Shown here in pieces: positions 9,351 through 18,323 of a DNA stretch of 64,000 bases (its first letter is position 1; every line of letters begins with the position of its first letter). The stretch covers positions 382-64,381 of the forward strand of contig JAFXEB010000009.1 of assembly GCA_017521025.1 (NCBI GenBank), read 5' to 3'. Below the pieces are notes generated by a model. The model made no database searches. It saw nothing but the letters and a program-made list of their open reading frames with translations, and was not told where the DNA came from. This stretch comes from Clostridia bacterium. Lineage in GTDB: Bacteria > Bacillota > Clostridia > Oscillospirales > CAG-382. Position numbers and translations under genes: made by a program.

Positions 9351-11204
9351 ATGAAAAAAGTTCTTTGTTTGATGTTGGTATTTGTTATGCTTGTCGGCAC
9401 CCTCGCTTCCTGCGGGTCCGACCTTAAGGGCGACGAGAAGGGCGCAATGATCACTATGTGCGTTTCCACCCTTCCCGATACCTTTGACCCTTCCGCCTAT
9501 GCTATTGATGCGGATGTGAACAAGATATTCAGCCTTATATATATGCCCCTTACCACTCTTGATTCCGAGGGTGAGCTTGGACAGGGTCTTGCTGAGAGCT
9601 GGGGTTATTTTTACGACGATATCTATCTTGAGGATAAGATGTATTTCGATATGTACGAAAGCTGCTGGAGTGATGGCAGACCCGTTACTGCAGATGATTT
9701 CGTATATGCTTGGAAGCGTATTCTTTCCCCTGCAAGTCAGAGCCCCTATGCCTCTCTCCTTTACGGCATAAAGAACGCAAAGGCTGTTAAAGAGGGTACT
9801 ATGACCAGTGATGACTTGGGTATAGTTGCCGTTGACGATACCAGAATTGAGATAACCTTCAAGGACGGCTATGTTAAGGATAACGGCAGTGAGGTTGCCG
9901 CTCAGTTTGCTGAGACGGTTGCCAACGTAGCCTTCGCTCCTCTCCGTGAGGACAGAATTGAGACTACCGATAACTGGACTACCATTGTCAGCGTTGCCAA
10001 CGTTCTTTGCAACGGTCCCTTCTATGTTCGTTCCTACGGCTATGAGGCTGACGTAAGAGCAATTGAGCTTGAGCGCAACAAGTATTACCGCCGTGATGAT
10101 GAAGAGGGCGATGCTCTTGACAAGTACGTTTCTCCCTTCAAGCTCATCTGCGAGTATGATACAGAGAACGGTCAGCTTGAGACCGAGGCTGCAAAGTATG
10201 ACAGAGGTGACTCCTTCTACCTTGGTGAGTTCACTCCCGATACCTACAGCTCCTATGGCAGTAAGCTTACCTCTACCGATAGCCTTTCCAGCCATGTTTA
10301 CTACTTCAATACTGAAAACGAGCTGTTCAAGGATGCAAGAGTCAGAAAGGCTCTCAGCATGGCTATCGACAGGACAGAGATAGCAAAGATAGTTGGTTGC
10401 GGCTCTACCGCATCCACCGGCTTTGTTCCCAACGGTGTTTTCAATACTAAAAAGGGTACCTCCTTCCGTACCGAAAGCGGCGAGCTTTACAGCACCTCTG
10501 CCCAATTTGATGAAGCCAAGGCGCTTCTTAAAGAGGCAGGCGTTACCCGTGGCAAGTTCACCATTAACTTTGCCAAGGAGGCTGAGAGTGAGGTAAACGA
10601 GCTGGTTGCAGAGTACGTTAAGGGCGTGTGGGAAGAGCTTGGCTTCACCGTCACCGTAAAGGGCATCAACGTACACCTTACCAGTCAGGCAATCAGAAAC
10701 GCCATGTACGGCAGCACCGCAGTAGTTGATGAAAACGGTGCGGAGACAGGCTCTGTAGCAAACTTTGACGTGCTTGCAGTTGACCTTTCCATGAGCTCCA
10801 CCAACCCTCTCGTATATCTTGCACAGTTCGCCGCAGGCTACTCCGGCAACTATGTTGACATCAATGTTGACGGCTCTGTTGATACCCATTTCACCCGTTA
10901 TAACAACGCAGAGTATAACGAGCTTGTAGAGAAGATAGACGCCGAGTCTGACCGTGGTGAGAGGGCTAAGCTCCTCCACGAGCTTGAGGCAAAGCTTGTA
11001 GAAGAGTGCCCCGCATTTGCAGTGGTTGATTATAAGAACTCCTACGTTGCCTCCTCCGACCTTGACGAGTACAGCCATTATTACAACGGCGCTCCCAACT
11101 TTATGGAGCTTGAGCTTGACGATTGGAGAGACGTGAACGCTAAGCTTGAGGCAGAGGAAGAGGAGCAGCAGGCGCAGGCAGCCGCTTCTACCGACGCAGA
11201 ATAA
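9351..11204 (+). CDS. ABC transporter substrate-binding lipoprotein, family 5 (peptide/oligosaccharide type)
   Basis: It has a lipoprotein signal with lipobox (LVGTLASCGS). Length (617 aa) and motifs resemble OppA/DppA-type family-5 binding proteins. It has an acidic C-terminal tail. Confidence 0.85.
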   Translation: MKKVLCLMLVFVMLVGTLASCGSDLKGDEKGAMITMCVSTLPDTFDPSAYAIDADVNKIFSLIYMPLTTLDSEGELGQGLAESWGYFYDDIYLEDKMYFDMYESCWSDGRPVTADDFVYAWKRILSPASQSPYASLLYGIKNAKAVKEGTMTSDDLGIVAVDDTRIEITFKDGYVKDNGSEVAAQFAETVANVAFAPLREDRIETTDNWTTIVSVANVLCNGPFYVRSYGYEADVRAIELERNKYYRRDDEEGDALDKYVSPFKLICEYDTENGQLETEAAKYDRGDSFYLGEFTPDTYSSYGSKLTSTDSLSSHVYYFNTENELFKDARVRKALSMAIDRTEIAKIVGCGSTASTGFVPNGVFNTKKGTSFRTESGELYSTSAQFDEAKALLKEAGVTRGKFTINFAKEAESEVNELVAEYVKGVWEELGFTVTVKGINVHLTSQAIRNAMYGSTAVVDENGAETGSVANFDVLAVDLSMSSTNPLVYLAQFAAGYSGNYVDINVDGSVDTHFTRYNNAEYNELVEKIDAESDRGERAKLLHELEAKLVEECPAFAVVDYKNSYVASSDLDEYSHYYNGAPNFMELELDDWRDVNAKLEAEEEEQQAQAAASTDAE

Positions 11205-11224
11205 TAGCTATAAAACAAAACATC

Positions 11225-11251
11225 AGCGAGGTGTCCTTGGGGCACCTCGCT
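11225..11251 (+). terminator. Terminator after the binding-protein gene
   Basis: agcgaggtg (11225-11233) pairs with cacctcgct (11243-11251) and is followed by TTTTTGTGTG. Confidence 0.8.
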
Positions 11252-11343
11252 TTTTGTGTGCTTATATCCCGCCGCTCCATAATAAGAGTTTTCGGCTATG
11301 TAAGGCGCCGACAAGCCCCTCCCGTGCTCTCCCGTCTCAGCCT

Positions 11344-12093
11344 TTACAGAGGCTTGATGTAAGTGGCGTAAGAGTATCCCGTAAGGTTGCCACGGCTTAC
11401 ACGGTACCAATCTCCCTCCTTACCCTGCAGAGTTAGGGTAGAGCCATTGGGTGCCTGACCTATAACGCTGCTGTTAAGGTCAGGCGCCTCTCTTATGTTA
11501 AGTCTCCCACCGCCTGTAGCAACAAGTCCGTACTGGGTCTCGCTTTCCAAGCCACCCTCCATAACGAAGGGCACCCCAAGATATTCCGCCACAGACCTTG
11601 CCATAACGGCGGCGATGTTCTCAAGGTTCGCTCGTATCCATTCAGCGTCCTCGGCGTTGTCATGGTAGCCCAGTTCTGCCAGCACCGCAGGCGCACGGGT
11701 GGAGCGTAGCTCCGCAAGGTTGACGGAGGGCAGTGCACGCACTGTACCCGAGTATATGCTTTTCAGGTTCTCAGCTATAAGCTCAGCCGCCGCCTTGCCT
11801 GCGGGGCTGTCCCTGTAATAATATACGTCTATTCCCTTGGTGCCCCCCTCGTTGCCTGCGCCCGAGGCGTTGCTGTGCAGTGCAAGATGCAGACCGTAGC
11901 TTCCGCTGTTTGATGCGGCTATGGAGTTGCTCACTCTGCCCGATGGGTCGTTTCTTCCAAAGCTGATGCCCGATGCGGTGAGATAAGGCTCCATGTAATC
12001 CGCAACCAGATTCATATAGTATTCCTCGTTGCCTTCACCGTCATAGTAAGGGTTATATTCTTGAGTAGAAGGGCTCAGAAAAACAGATGCCAT
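11344..12093 (-). CDS. N-acetylmuramoyl-L-alanine amidase (Amidase_3) with a C-terminal SH3b domain
   Basis: The motifs LSPSTQEYN, LHSNA and ELGYHDN are typical of Amidase_3 zinc and catalytic positions. The C-terminal stretch GRLNIREAPDLNSSVIG...GDWYRV is SH3b-like. I placed the start at the ATG at 12093, 9 nt after the SD aaaggagg. The track ORF starts at a TTG two codons upstream. Confidence 0.85.
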   Translation of the reverse strand: MASVFLSPSTQEYNPYYDGEGNEEYYMNLVADYMEPYLTASGISFGRNDPSGRVSNSIAASNSGSYGLHLALHSNASGAGNEGGTKGIDVYYYRDSPAGKAAAELIAENLKSIYSGTVRALPSVNLAELRSTRAPAVLAELGYHDNAEDAEWIRANLENIAAVMARSVAEYLGVPFVMEGGLESETQYGLVATGGGRLNIREAPDLNSSVIGQAPNGSTLTLQGKEGDWYRVSRGNLTGYSYATYIKPL

Positions 12094-12161
12094 AAACAAA
12101 AACCTCCTTTTCCATCATTATATGAGCCTCGCCGCTTTTTCGTCACAATGCACATAATTTG

Positions 12162-12190
12162 TTGACATATATATAGTTTTGTGCTATAAT
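12162..12190 (+). promoter_or_regulatory. Consensus sigma-A promoter for the PASTA-GHL10 gene pair
   Basis: TTGACA (12162-12167), a 17-nt spacer, then TATAAT (12185-12190). Confidence 0.75.
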
Positions 12191-12241
12191 ACATCAAAGT
12201 GTTGCAAAACTCTATTTTTCAGAAATGAGGTAAATTTGGTT

Positions 12242-13789
12242 ATGAAAAGAGTACTGTGCTTTCTCTTGCTTCTTTCGATGCTTGCGTTTGCCGCTTGCGG
12301 CGGCGAAAGTACAGCTGACAGCTCCACTGCTGACCGGTCTGAAACCCAGTCTGTGGCTGACAGCAGTGCGGCAGCTCCCGAAACTGCCATAGCTCCCGAT
12401 ATCAGCGGTATGACTGCTGAGCAGGCTGAGCAGGCTCTTAAGGATGCGGGCTTTGAGGTAAGGGTACGCAAAAAGAATTATGATGACGTGCCCGTGGGCG
12501 AGGTCGCAGGTATGGACCTTACCGCAGGTAAGGAATATGATTACGGCGATGTTTGCTATCTCTATATCTCCAGCGGTAAGACCCTCGGCGCACAGGCTCT
12601 TGAATATAAGCAGGGCGCCCTTGTTGCAAACCGTGAGGTGCTTGATGTGGGCGCAAACTCCGACTATACTCCTCTTAACTACGAGTATATGAAGGCGGCG
12701 TGGCTCTCTCAGTATGATATGAATGATGTTTATGTTGACGGCGCTTTCCAAAGGGCAGAGGACGACTTTACCCAGAGGATAGAGACACTCTTCGGCGGCT
12801 TGGCAGAGCTTGGTCTTAACACCTTGTTTGTACAGCTTCGTCCCAACGGCGACAGCATGTATCCCTCTGCTTACTATTGTCCTTCCTCCTATGCAGTAGG
12901 CTCCTACGGTGCCGACTTCACCTATGACCCTCTCAAGATAATGGTGGATGTGGCTCATAAGCATAACCTTTCCATCCATGGCTGGATAAATCCCCTGCGT
13001 TGTATGGACGTTAACGCTATTGACCTTATCAACATCAGCTACGGCCTCCGTGACTTTGAGCAGAATCATATGGATGATTATGTAGTAAAGTATGACGGTA
13101 AGTTCTATCTTAACCCCGGTAGGGAAGAGGTCAGACAGCTTATTATAAACGGCGCCGCAGAGATTGCCCGTTACTATGATATTGACGGTATACATATCGA
13201 CGACTATTTCTATCCCACTACCGAGTCAAGCTTTGATAAGGCATCCTTCCTTGACCAGACCGAGTACCTTTCTGTTGCAGACTTCCGCAAGGCAAGCCTC
13301 AACGCTTTGGTGGGCGGCATCTATTCTGCTGTAAAGGCTGAAAACCCCAAGCTTATCTTCGGCGTTTCTCCTGCGGGTCAGCCCGGCGCTGTCCGCAAAG
13401 CTTACGCAGATATCGATACTTGGCTTTCTACCGAGGGCTATCTCGATTATATTATGCCTCAGCTTTATTGGGGCTTTGAGCTTCGTGGCAGTGAGTTCGA
13501 CAAGCTTTACAGGAATTGGAACTCGCTTATCAAGATAGATATAAAGCTTATCCCGGGTCTCTCTCTTTCCAGAGCGGCTAGCGGCGAGACCAGCGAGTGG
13601 GTCAATAATAAGGACGTTCTTAAGCGTTGTGTAGAGTATGCTAACGGCTTTGGCGGCAAGGGCTTCTCCCTCTTTTCCAGTGACTCTATACTCAGCGCCT
13701 TTGACGGCTCCCGTGTTCCCAACACTTTGGAGGAGATGGATAACCTTCTCGACTATGTAAACCAGATAGAGGACACACCCATAGAGTAA
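12242..13789 (+). CDS. Lipoprotein with a PASTA domain fused to a glycosyl hydrolase-like 10 (GHL10/DUF187, YngK-like) domain
   Basis: I placed the start at MKRVLCFLLLLSMLAFAACGG (lipobox), 21 codons inside the track ORF. The PASTA-like segment is PDISGMTAEQAEQALKDAGFEV...VCYLYISSG. GHL10-like blocks are VQLRPNGDSMYPS, HGWINP, DGIHIDDYFYP and MPQLYW. Confidence 0.8.
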   Translation: MKRVLCFLLLLSMLAFAACGGESTADSSTADRSETQSVADSSAAAPETAIAPDISGMTAEQAEQALKDAGFEVRVRKKNYDDVPVGEVAGMDLTAGKEYDYGDVCYLYISSGKTLGAQALEYKQGALVANREVLDVGANSDYTPLNYEYMKAAWLSQYDMNDVYVDGAFQRAEDDFTQRIETLFGGLAELGLNTLFVQLRPNGDSMYPSAYYCPSSYAVGSYGADFTYDPLKIMVDVAHKHNLSIHGWINPLRCMDVNAIDLINISYGLRDFEQNHMDDYVVKYDGKFYLNPGREEVRQLIINGAAEIARYYDIDGIHIDDYFYPTTESSFDKASFLDQTEYLSVADFRKASLNALVGGIYSAVKAENPKLIFGVSPAGQPGAVRKAYADIDTWLSTEGYLDYIMPQLYWGFELRGSEFDKLYRNWNSLIKIDIKLIPGLSLSRAASGETSEWVNNKDVLKRCVEYANGFGGKGFSLFSSDSILSAFDGSRVPNTLEEMDNLLDYVNQIEDTPIE

Positions 13790-13822
13790 AGCATTATTTC
13801 AATAAATTAAGGAGAAAATGTT

Positions 13823-15463
13823 ATGAAAAAACTTTTATGTATGCTTCTCTCAGCTCTTATGCTGCTTTCCCTCGCAGCTTGCGGCGGTAGCGACGGAGAA
13901 AGCTCCGATCTCGGCGAGCAGTCCTCTGTAGAGGAAAGCTCTGAGGCTGTGGCAGTAGAGCTTCCCGATGTAAAGGGCAAGACCGAGGCAGAGGCGCTTG
14001 CCGCAATAGCCGAGGCAGGCTATACCAACGTAAAGGCTGTTCCTTGCCACAAGCAGGGCAGCACCGCAGGCACCGTTGTTGCACAGAGCAAGACCCCCGG
14101 TGCAGTATATGACAAGGATGATATGATAATCATTCAGGTCAGCAACGGCCTTACCCCCTCTGAGAGCGCAAAGACCGAGATAGCAGACCCCCTTCTTGCC
14201 GCCCGTGAAGAGCTTTCTCAGGGCGCTAACTCTGACTACAAGCCTGTAAACTATGACAATATGAAGGCTATCTGGCTCTCTCAGCTTGACCTTATCCCCG
14301 TATACTACGATTATGAGAACAAGACTCAGCGTACCGAGGATGATTTCGCCGCTAAGATCGACACCATTATGAAGAACATCAAGGACAGCGGCTTCAATAC
14401 CGTAGTAGTACAGGTACATCCTGACTGCGACTCTATGTATGTTTCCAAGTATTATCCCTGGACCGACTACATCAACGGCAACGGCAACCGTGATGCCAAT
14501 CAGGCTCTTATGAGCGAGAACGCCGATGACGTTACCGCTATGACCTACGGTAACACCTCTCTCTATGACCTTATGCCCCTTATGATAGACGCCGCTCATA
14601 AGTACGAGCTTTCCTATCAGGCATGGATCAATCCTATGCGTGCCTGCGCTATTCCTGAGATGGAGTATATAAATGACTCTTATCCTATCAAGCAGTGGTA
14701 CAATGATGAGGCTAAGTCCTCTACCTACCTCTTCAAGACCAGCAGCCGTATCTACCTCAACCCCGCTTACGAGGAGGTAAGGGAGTACATCACCAACGTA
14801 GCTGTAGAGATCGCCCGTTACTATGACGTTGACGGTATCCATATGGATGACTACTTCTACCCCAGCGCAGATGCAAGCTATGATAAGGCAGCCTTTGAGG
14901 CGCAGAGCGACTACACCGTACTTATCGATTTCCGTAAGAACAATATAAACGTACTTGTAAAGCAGATATATGACGCCGTAAAGGCTGAGAACAAGGATAT
15001 GCTCTTCGGCATCTCCCCTGCAGGCAACATCAACACCAATATGAACGCTCTCGGCGCAGACGTTAAGACATGGTGCTCCGTAGCAGGCTATGTAGACTAC
15101 ATCTGCCCTCAGATCTATTTCGGCTTCAACCACGTAACCGTTCCCTTCGACGGTCTTTCTCAGCAGTGGATAGATATGAACACCGAGGCAAGCGTTGATA
15201 TGGTTCTCGGTCTCACCCTCCACAAGATCGGTAAGGAAGACACCTATGCAGGTGGCGGCAAGACCGAGTGGGTAGAGAACAGTGATATACTCAAGCGCTC
15301 CTATGAGTGGATCGGTCAGAATCTTGACAAGGTTGACGGCTTCTGTATGTTCTCCTATCAGTACATTTTCGACCCCGTAACGGGCGAGCGTGTTGACTAC
15401 ACCAAGACTGAGGTAGACAACTTCCTTCCCGTAATGCAGGGCATCACCTGGGCTGCTGAATAA
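13823..15463 (+). CDS. Paralogous lipoprotein with PASTA plus GHL10 (DUF187) domains
   Basis: It has a lipobox (LLSLAACGG) and the PASTA-like segment LPDVKGKTEAEALAAIAEAGY...IIIQVSNG. It carries the same GHL10 blocks as its neighbour (VQVHPDCDSMY, QAWINP, DGIHMDDYFYP, CPQIYF). Confidence 0.8.
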   Translation: MKKLLCMLLSALMLLSLAACGGSDGESSDLGEQSSVEESSEAVAVELPDVKGKTEAEALAAIAEAGYTNVKAVPCHKQGSTAGTVVAQSKTPGAVYDKDDMIIIQVSNGLTPSESAKTEIADPLLAAREELSQGANSDYKPVNYDNMKAIWLSQLDLIPVYYDYENKTQRTEDDFAAKIDTIMKNIKDSGFNTVVVQVHPDCDSMYVSKYYPWTDYINGNGNRDANQALMSENADDVTAMTYGNTSLYDLMPLMIDAAHKYELSYQAWINPMRACAIPEMEYINDSYPIKQWYNDEAKSSTYLFKTSSRIYLNPAYEEVREYITNVAVEIARYYDVDGIHMDDYFYPSADASYDKAAFEAQSDYTVLIDFRKNNINVLVKQIYDAVKAENKDMLFGISPAGNINTNMNALGADVKTWCSVAGYVDYICPQIYFGFNHVTVPFDGLSQQWIDMNTEASVDMVLGLTLHKIGKEDTYAGGGKTEWVENSDILKRSYEWIGQNLDKVDGFCMFSYQYIFDPVTGERVDYTKTEVDNFLPVMQGITWAAE

Positions 15464-15485
15464 GCAAGTAAAAACTGTATAAAGT

Positions 15486-15510
15486 GAGGCAGGGCAAAAC
15501 GCCCTGCCTC
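15486..15510 (+). terminator. Terminator for the plus-strand GHL10 operon
   Basis: gaggcagggc (15486-15495) pairs with gccctgcctc (15501-15510) and is followed by TTT. Confidence 0.7.
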
Positions 15511-15527
15511 TTTCATACCAAAATCAA

Positions 15528-15562
15528 AGAGCAAGGGGAATCTGATATGGTCCCCTTGCTCT
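15528..15562 (-). terminator. Terminator for the minus-strand acyl-CoA synthetase gene
   Basis: agagcaagggga (15528-15539) pairs with tccccttgctct (15551-15562). On the minus strand it is followed by TTTGATTTT. Confidence 0.7.
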
Positions 15563-15591
15563 CTCTGTTTATGATTTTCTGTTATAAGAAA

Positions 15592-17895
15592 TTAACCGTT
15601 TGCCTTTTCCAGATCCTTCTTGCGGATCTCAACACGTCTGACCTTGCCGCTTATGGTCTTAGGCAGCTCATCTACAAACTCAACTATTCTGGGATACTTG
15701 TAGGGTGCGGTATGGGTCTTAACGTATTCCTGAATCTCCTTCTTCAAGGCATCGGTGCCCACCGTGTTCTTGGTAAGCACTATCGTAGCCTTTACTATCT
15801 GTCCTCTGACCTCATCGGGTACAGCGGTGATAGCACACTCAAGCACGTAAGGCAGCTCCATAATAACGCTCTCGATCTCAAAGGGCCCTATACGGTAGCC
15901 CGAGGACTTGATCACGTCGTCGATGCGTCCCACGTACCACAGATAGCCGTCCTCGTCCATGGTAGCCTGGTCGCCCGTGTGGTAAAATCCATCGTGCCAT
16001 ACATCTTTGGTCTTTTCGTCATCAAGGTAGTAGCCGATAAACAGACCGCAAGGTGCGCCATCCTTGGTGCGTATACAGATCTCACCCGTGTCGCCCGTCT
16101 TGCACTCCTTGCCGTCGGGGTCAAGCAACACCACGTCATACAGAGGGCTGGGTCTGCCCATAGAGCCGATCTTGGGAGTAGAACCAACGAAGTTTGCGAT
16201 AGAGAGGGTGGTCTCCGTCTGACCGAAGCCTTCCATTATCTTAAGTCCCGTAGCCTTGTAGAACTGATTGAACACCTCGGGGTTAAGCGCCTCGCCTGCC
16301 GTGGTGGCGTACTCGATAGAGGAAAGGTCGTACTTGGAAAGATCCTCCTTTATAAAGAAACGGTACATAGTGGGAGGTGCGCAGAAGGTGGTTATGTGAT
16401 ACTTCTTGAACAGAGGCAGAATGTCCTCAGAATGGAATCTGTCAAAGTCATAGGTAAATACGCCTGCCTCGCAAAGCCACTGACCGTAAAGCTTGCCCCA
16501 AAGCGCCTTGCCCCAGCCAGTGTCGGAAATGGTAAAGTGCAGACCGTCGGGGTTAACGTTGTGCCAGAACTTTGCGGTGGGGTAGTGTCCCAAAGCATAT
16601 TTGTATGAATGGGTAGCTATGCGGGGATATCCCGTAGTGCCTGACGTAAAGAGCATAAGCATGGGATCGTTGCCGCAGGGGGTGTTCTCGTTGCGGTAGA
16701 AATGGGTGCTGAAACGCTCCATCTCCACGTTAAAATCGTTCCAACCGTCCTTCTTGCCGCCCACAAGGATCTTCACCATATGGGGGAACTCAGCCGCAGC
16801 CTTCTCCGCCTCGTCGGAAACGCCGCCATCAGCGGTACAAACGATAGCCTTAACGCCGGCAGCCTTGTATCTGTATACAAAATCGTGCTCTACAAGCTGA
16901 TTCGTTGCAGGGATGGCGATAGCGCCGATCTTGTGGAGCGCAAGCATACAGAACCAGAACTGATAATGACGCTTGAGCACCAGCATAACGGTGTCACCCT
17001 TCTTTATGCCGAGGGACTCGAAATAGTTAGCCGTCTTGGCGGAATACTTCTTCATGTCGCTGAAGGTGAAGCGGCGGTCACTCTTATCATTTGCTACCCA
17101 CATCATAGCAAGCTTGTCAGGAGTCTTAGCAGCTATGGCATCAACGCAGTCAAAAGCAAAATTGAATTTGTCATCATTCTTAAAGGAAATGCCATTGAAA
17201 ACACCGTTTTCATCAAGAGTATAGTCGATAAAGTCATCGGCAACGGTTCTTACAGCCTTCTTCTCCACACCTGCGGTCTTAGCGGCAATAAAGGGTGCCT
17301 CGGGATACTCTTCGCTGAAATGACCGTCCTGCGGATTGAGCACCACTGCGTGGAACTCACAGCCGCCCTCGCTGACAGCGATCATGCCGTGGGGAATGAT
17401 GCTGTTGTAGAAGATAGAGTCGCCCTCATTCAGTATATCAATGTGATTACCTACCTGTACCTTGAGAGAACCCTTTACGATAACGTCAAACTCCTGACCG
17501 TTGTGGGAGTTAAGCTTGATGGGTGCGTTCTGCTCCTCCTCAACGTAGGGGAACTTAACAAGAAAAGGCTCGGCAAGCTTATCCTTAAACTTAGGCGCAA
17601 GGTTGTTATAAACGCCGCCGTGCTTTTTGCTGATCTTAAGACCCTCGCCCTTTCTGGTAATAGCGAAGGAGGAAAGAGTAGTGCTGGTACCCTCTATAAT
17701 ATCAACGACCTCTACGTTACAAGCCTTAGCGCACTTGTAAATGAAGGTAAAGCTAAAGTCCGTCTCTCCCTTTTCCAAAAGGAGATAGTCCTCGGTAGAC
17801 ACGCCTGTAAGCCGTGCCAGCTCCTCAGGCGTATAGCCTGTAGCCTCACGCAGGTCCTTGATTCTTCTCGCAACCTCTTTCAGATTGTACTCCAT
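15592..17895 (-). CDS. Fusion protein of an XRE-type HTH, a cupin domain and an AMP-forming acyl-CoA synthetase (medium/short-chain ACS-like)
   Basis: The N-terminal HTH_3-like segment is LKEVARRIKDLREATGYTPEELARLTGVS. The cupin segment is GQEFDVIVKGSLKVQVGN...GDSIFYNSIIPHGM. The AMP-binding core carries FTSGTTGYPR, GFGQTET, YHTGD and SGKVRR. Confidence 0.9.
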   Translation of the reverse strand: MEYNLKEVARRIKDLREATGYTPEELARLTGVSTEDYLLLEKGETDFSFTFIYKCAKACNVEVVDIIEGTSTTLSSFAITRKGEGLKISKKHGGVYNNLAPKFKDKLAEPFLVKFPYVEEEQNAPIKLNSHNGQEFDVIVKGSLKVQVGNHIDILNEGDSIFYNSIIPHGMIAVSEGGCEFHAVVLNPQDGHFSEEYPEAPFIAAKTAGVEKKAVRTVADDFIDYTLDENGVFNGISFKNDDKFNFAFDCVDAIAAKTPDKLAMMWVANDKSDRRFTFSDMKKYSAKTANYFESLGIKKGDTVMLVLKRHYQFWFCMLALHKIGAIAIPATNQLVEHDFVYRYKAAGVKAIVCTADGGVSDEAEKAAAEFPHMVKILVGGKKDGWNDFNVEMERFSTHFYRNENTPCGNDPMLMLFTSGTTGYPRIATHSYKYALGHYPTAKFWHNVNPDGLHFTISDTGWGKALWGKLYGQWLCEAGVFTYDFDRFHSEDILPLFKKYHITTFCAPPTMYRFFIKEDLSKYDLSSIEYATTAGEALNPEVFNQFYKATGLKIMEGFGQTETTLSIANFVGSTPKIGSMGRPSPLYDVVLLDPDGKECKTGDTGEICIRTKDGAPCGLFIGYYLDDEKTKDVWHDGFYHTGDQATMDEDGYLWYVGRIDDVIKSSGYRIGPFEIESVIMELPYVLECAITAVPDEVRGQIVKATIVLTKNTVGTDALKKEIQEYVKTHTAPYKYPRIVEFVDELPKTISGKVRRVEIRKKDLEKANG

Positions 17896-17957
17896 AATAG
17901 TTTGCCCCTTTCATTTCCGTATGCTTTTATAAAAAAGCAGATATTTCGGATTTGAAT

Positions 17958-18221
17958 AAAACAAAAGACTCGTCTCAAAAGCTTTGAGACGAGTCATTCA
18001 ACTCGCGGTACCACTCAAATTGCGGAGACGAACTCCGCCACCTTACAGGCTCAAACAAGCCCTTGCTTTAACGCAGCATTACGGAAGGAGCCTACTTGCG
18101 CACAAAAACACTTTCGGTCCTCCAACTCGGAAGTGATGGGTCATTGGAAAGCTCTGACATTGGCTCGCAGCAACCGCCAACTCTCTGTAGACTCGGCAAT
18201 CCGACCGTCTTCGTCATAGTT
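17958..18221 (-). promoter_or_regulatory. T-box riboswitch leader (specifier read as AUC, Ile) with a terminator/antiterminator switch
   Basis: Read on the minus strand:
- Stem I base with a K-turn-like AUGACGAAG...CUUCCGAG.
- AG bulge CAGAGAG.
- Distal loop GGUUGCUGCGAG.
- F-box-like GCGUUAAAG.
- Stem III GCGGAGuucguCUCCGC.
- T-box sequence AAUUUGAGUGGUACCGCGAG (18020-18001).
- The antiterminator pairs UUUGAG with CUCAAA, has the 7-nt bulge UGGUACC, and pairs GCGAG with CUCGU.
- It competes with the terminator GACUCGUCUCaaagcuuuuGAGACGAGUC plus UUUUGUUUU (17995-17958). Confidence 0.85.
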
Positions 18222-18250
18222 GTTTGTGATATTCAATTTCCTTGTCTCGC

Positions 18251-18279
18251 ATTATACTCGTGAGAAAAGCGTTTGTCAA
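18251..18279 (-). promoter_or_regulatory. Consensus sigma-A promoter driving the T-box leader
   Basis: On the minus strand: TTGACA (18279-18274), a 17-nt spacer, then TATAAT (18256-18251). Confidence 0.8.
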
Positions 18280-18323
18280 TAGTTTTTTTATAAAAATACA
18301 AAAAAACTTTTTTTATACCGCCG

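Noticed and set aside
8707-9351. 214-aa minus-strand ORF overlapping the GtrA-like gene
   Set aside because: It lies opposite a well-supported GtrA gene that has its own promoter and SD. The ORF would also run through the promoter of the binding-protein gene.
9348-11078. 576-aa ORF antisense to the solute-binding protein gene
   Set aside because: It is a shadow ORF on the opposite strand of a gene with a clear lipoprotein signal and family-5 binding-protein motifs. Its translation is a low-complexity Gly/Val/Leu/Ala-rich sequence with no SD and no recognisable domain.
12212-15223. Long antisense ORFs (12212-13195 and 13850-15223) opposite the two PASTA-GHL10 genes
   Set aside because: The plus-strand genes have lipoboxes, SD sequences and shared conserved blocks. 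The antisense translations have odd composition and no motifs. They are typical stop-poor antisense frames.
15484-17955. Plus-strand ORFs 15484-16608 and 16702-17955 overlapping the acyl-CoA synthetase gene
   Set aside because: The minus strand encodes a complete AMP-binding enzyme with all signature motifs. It is preceded by a promoter and T-box leader and followed by a terminator. The plus-strand frames cross those terminators and have no start context.
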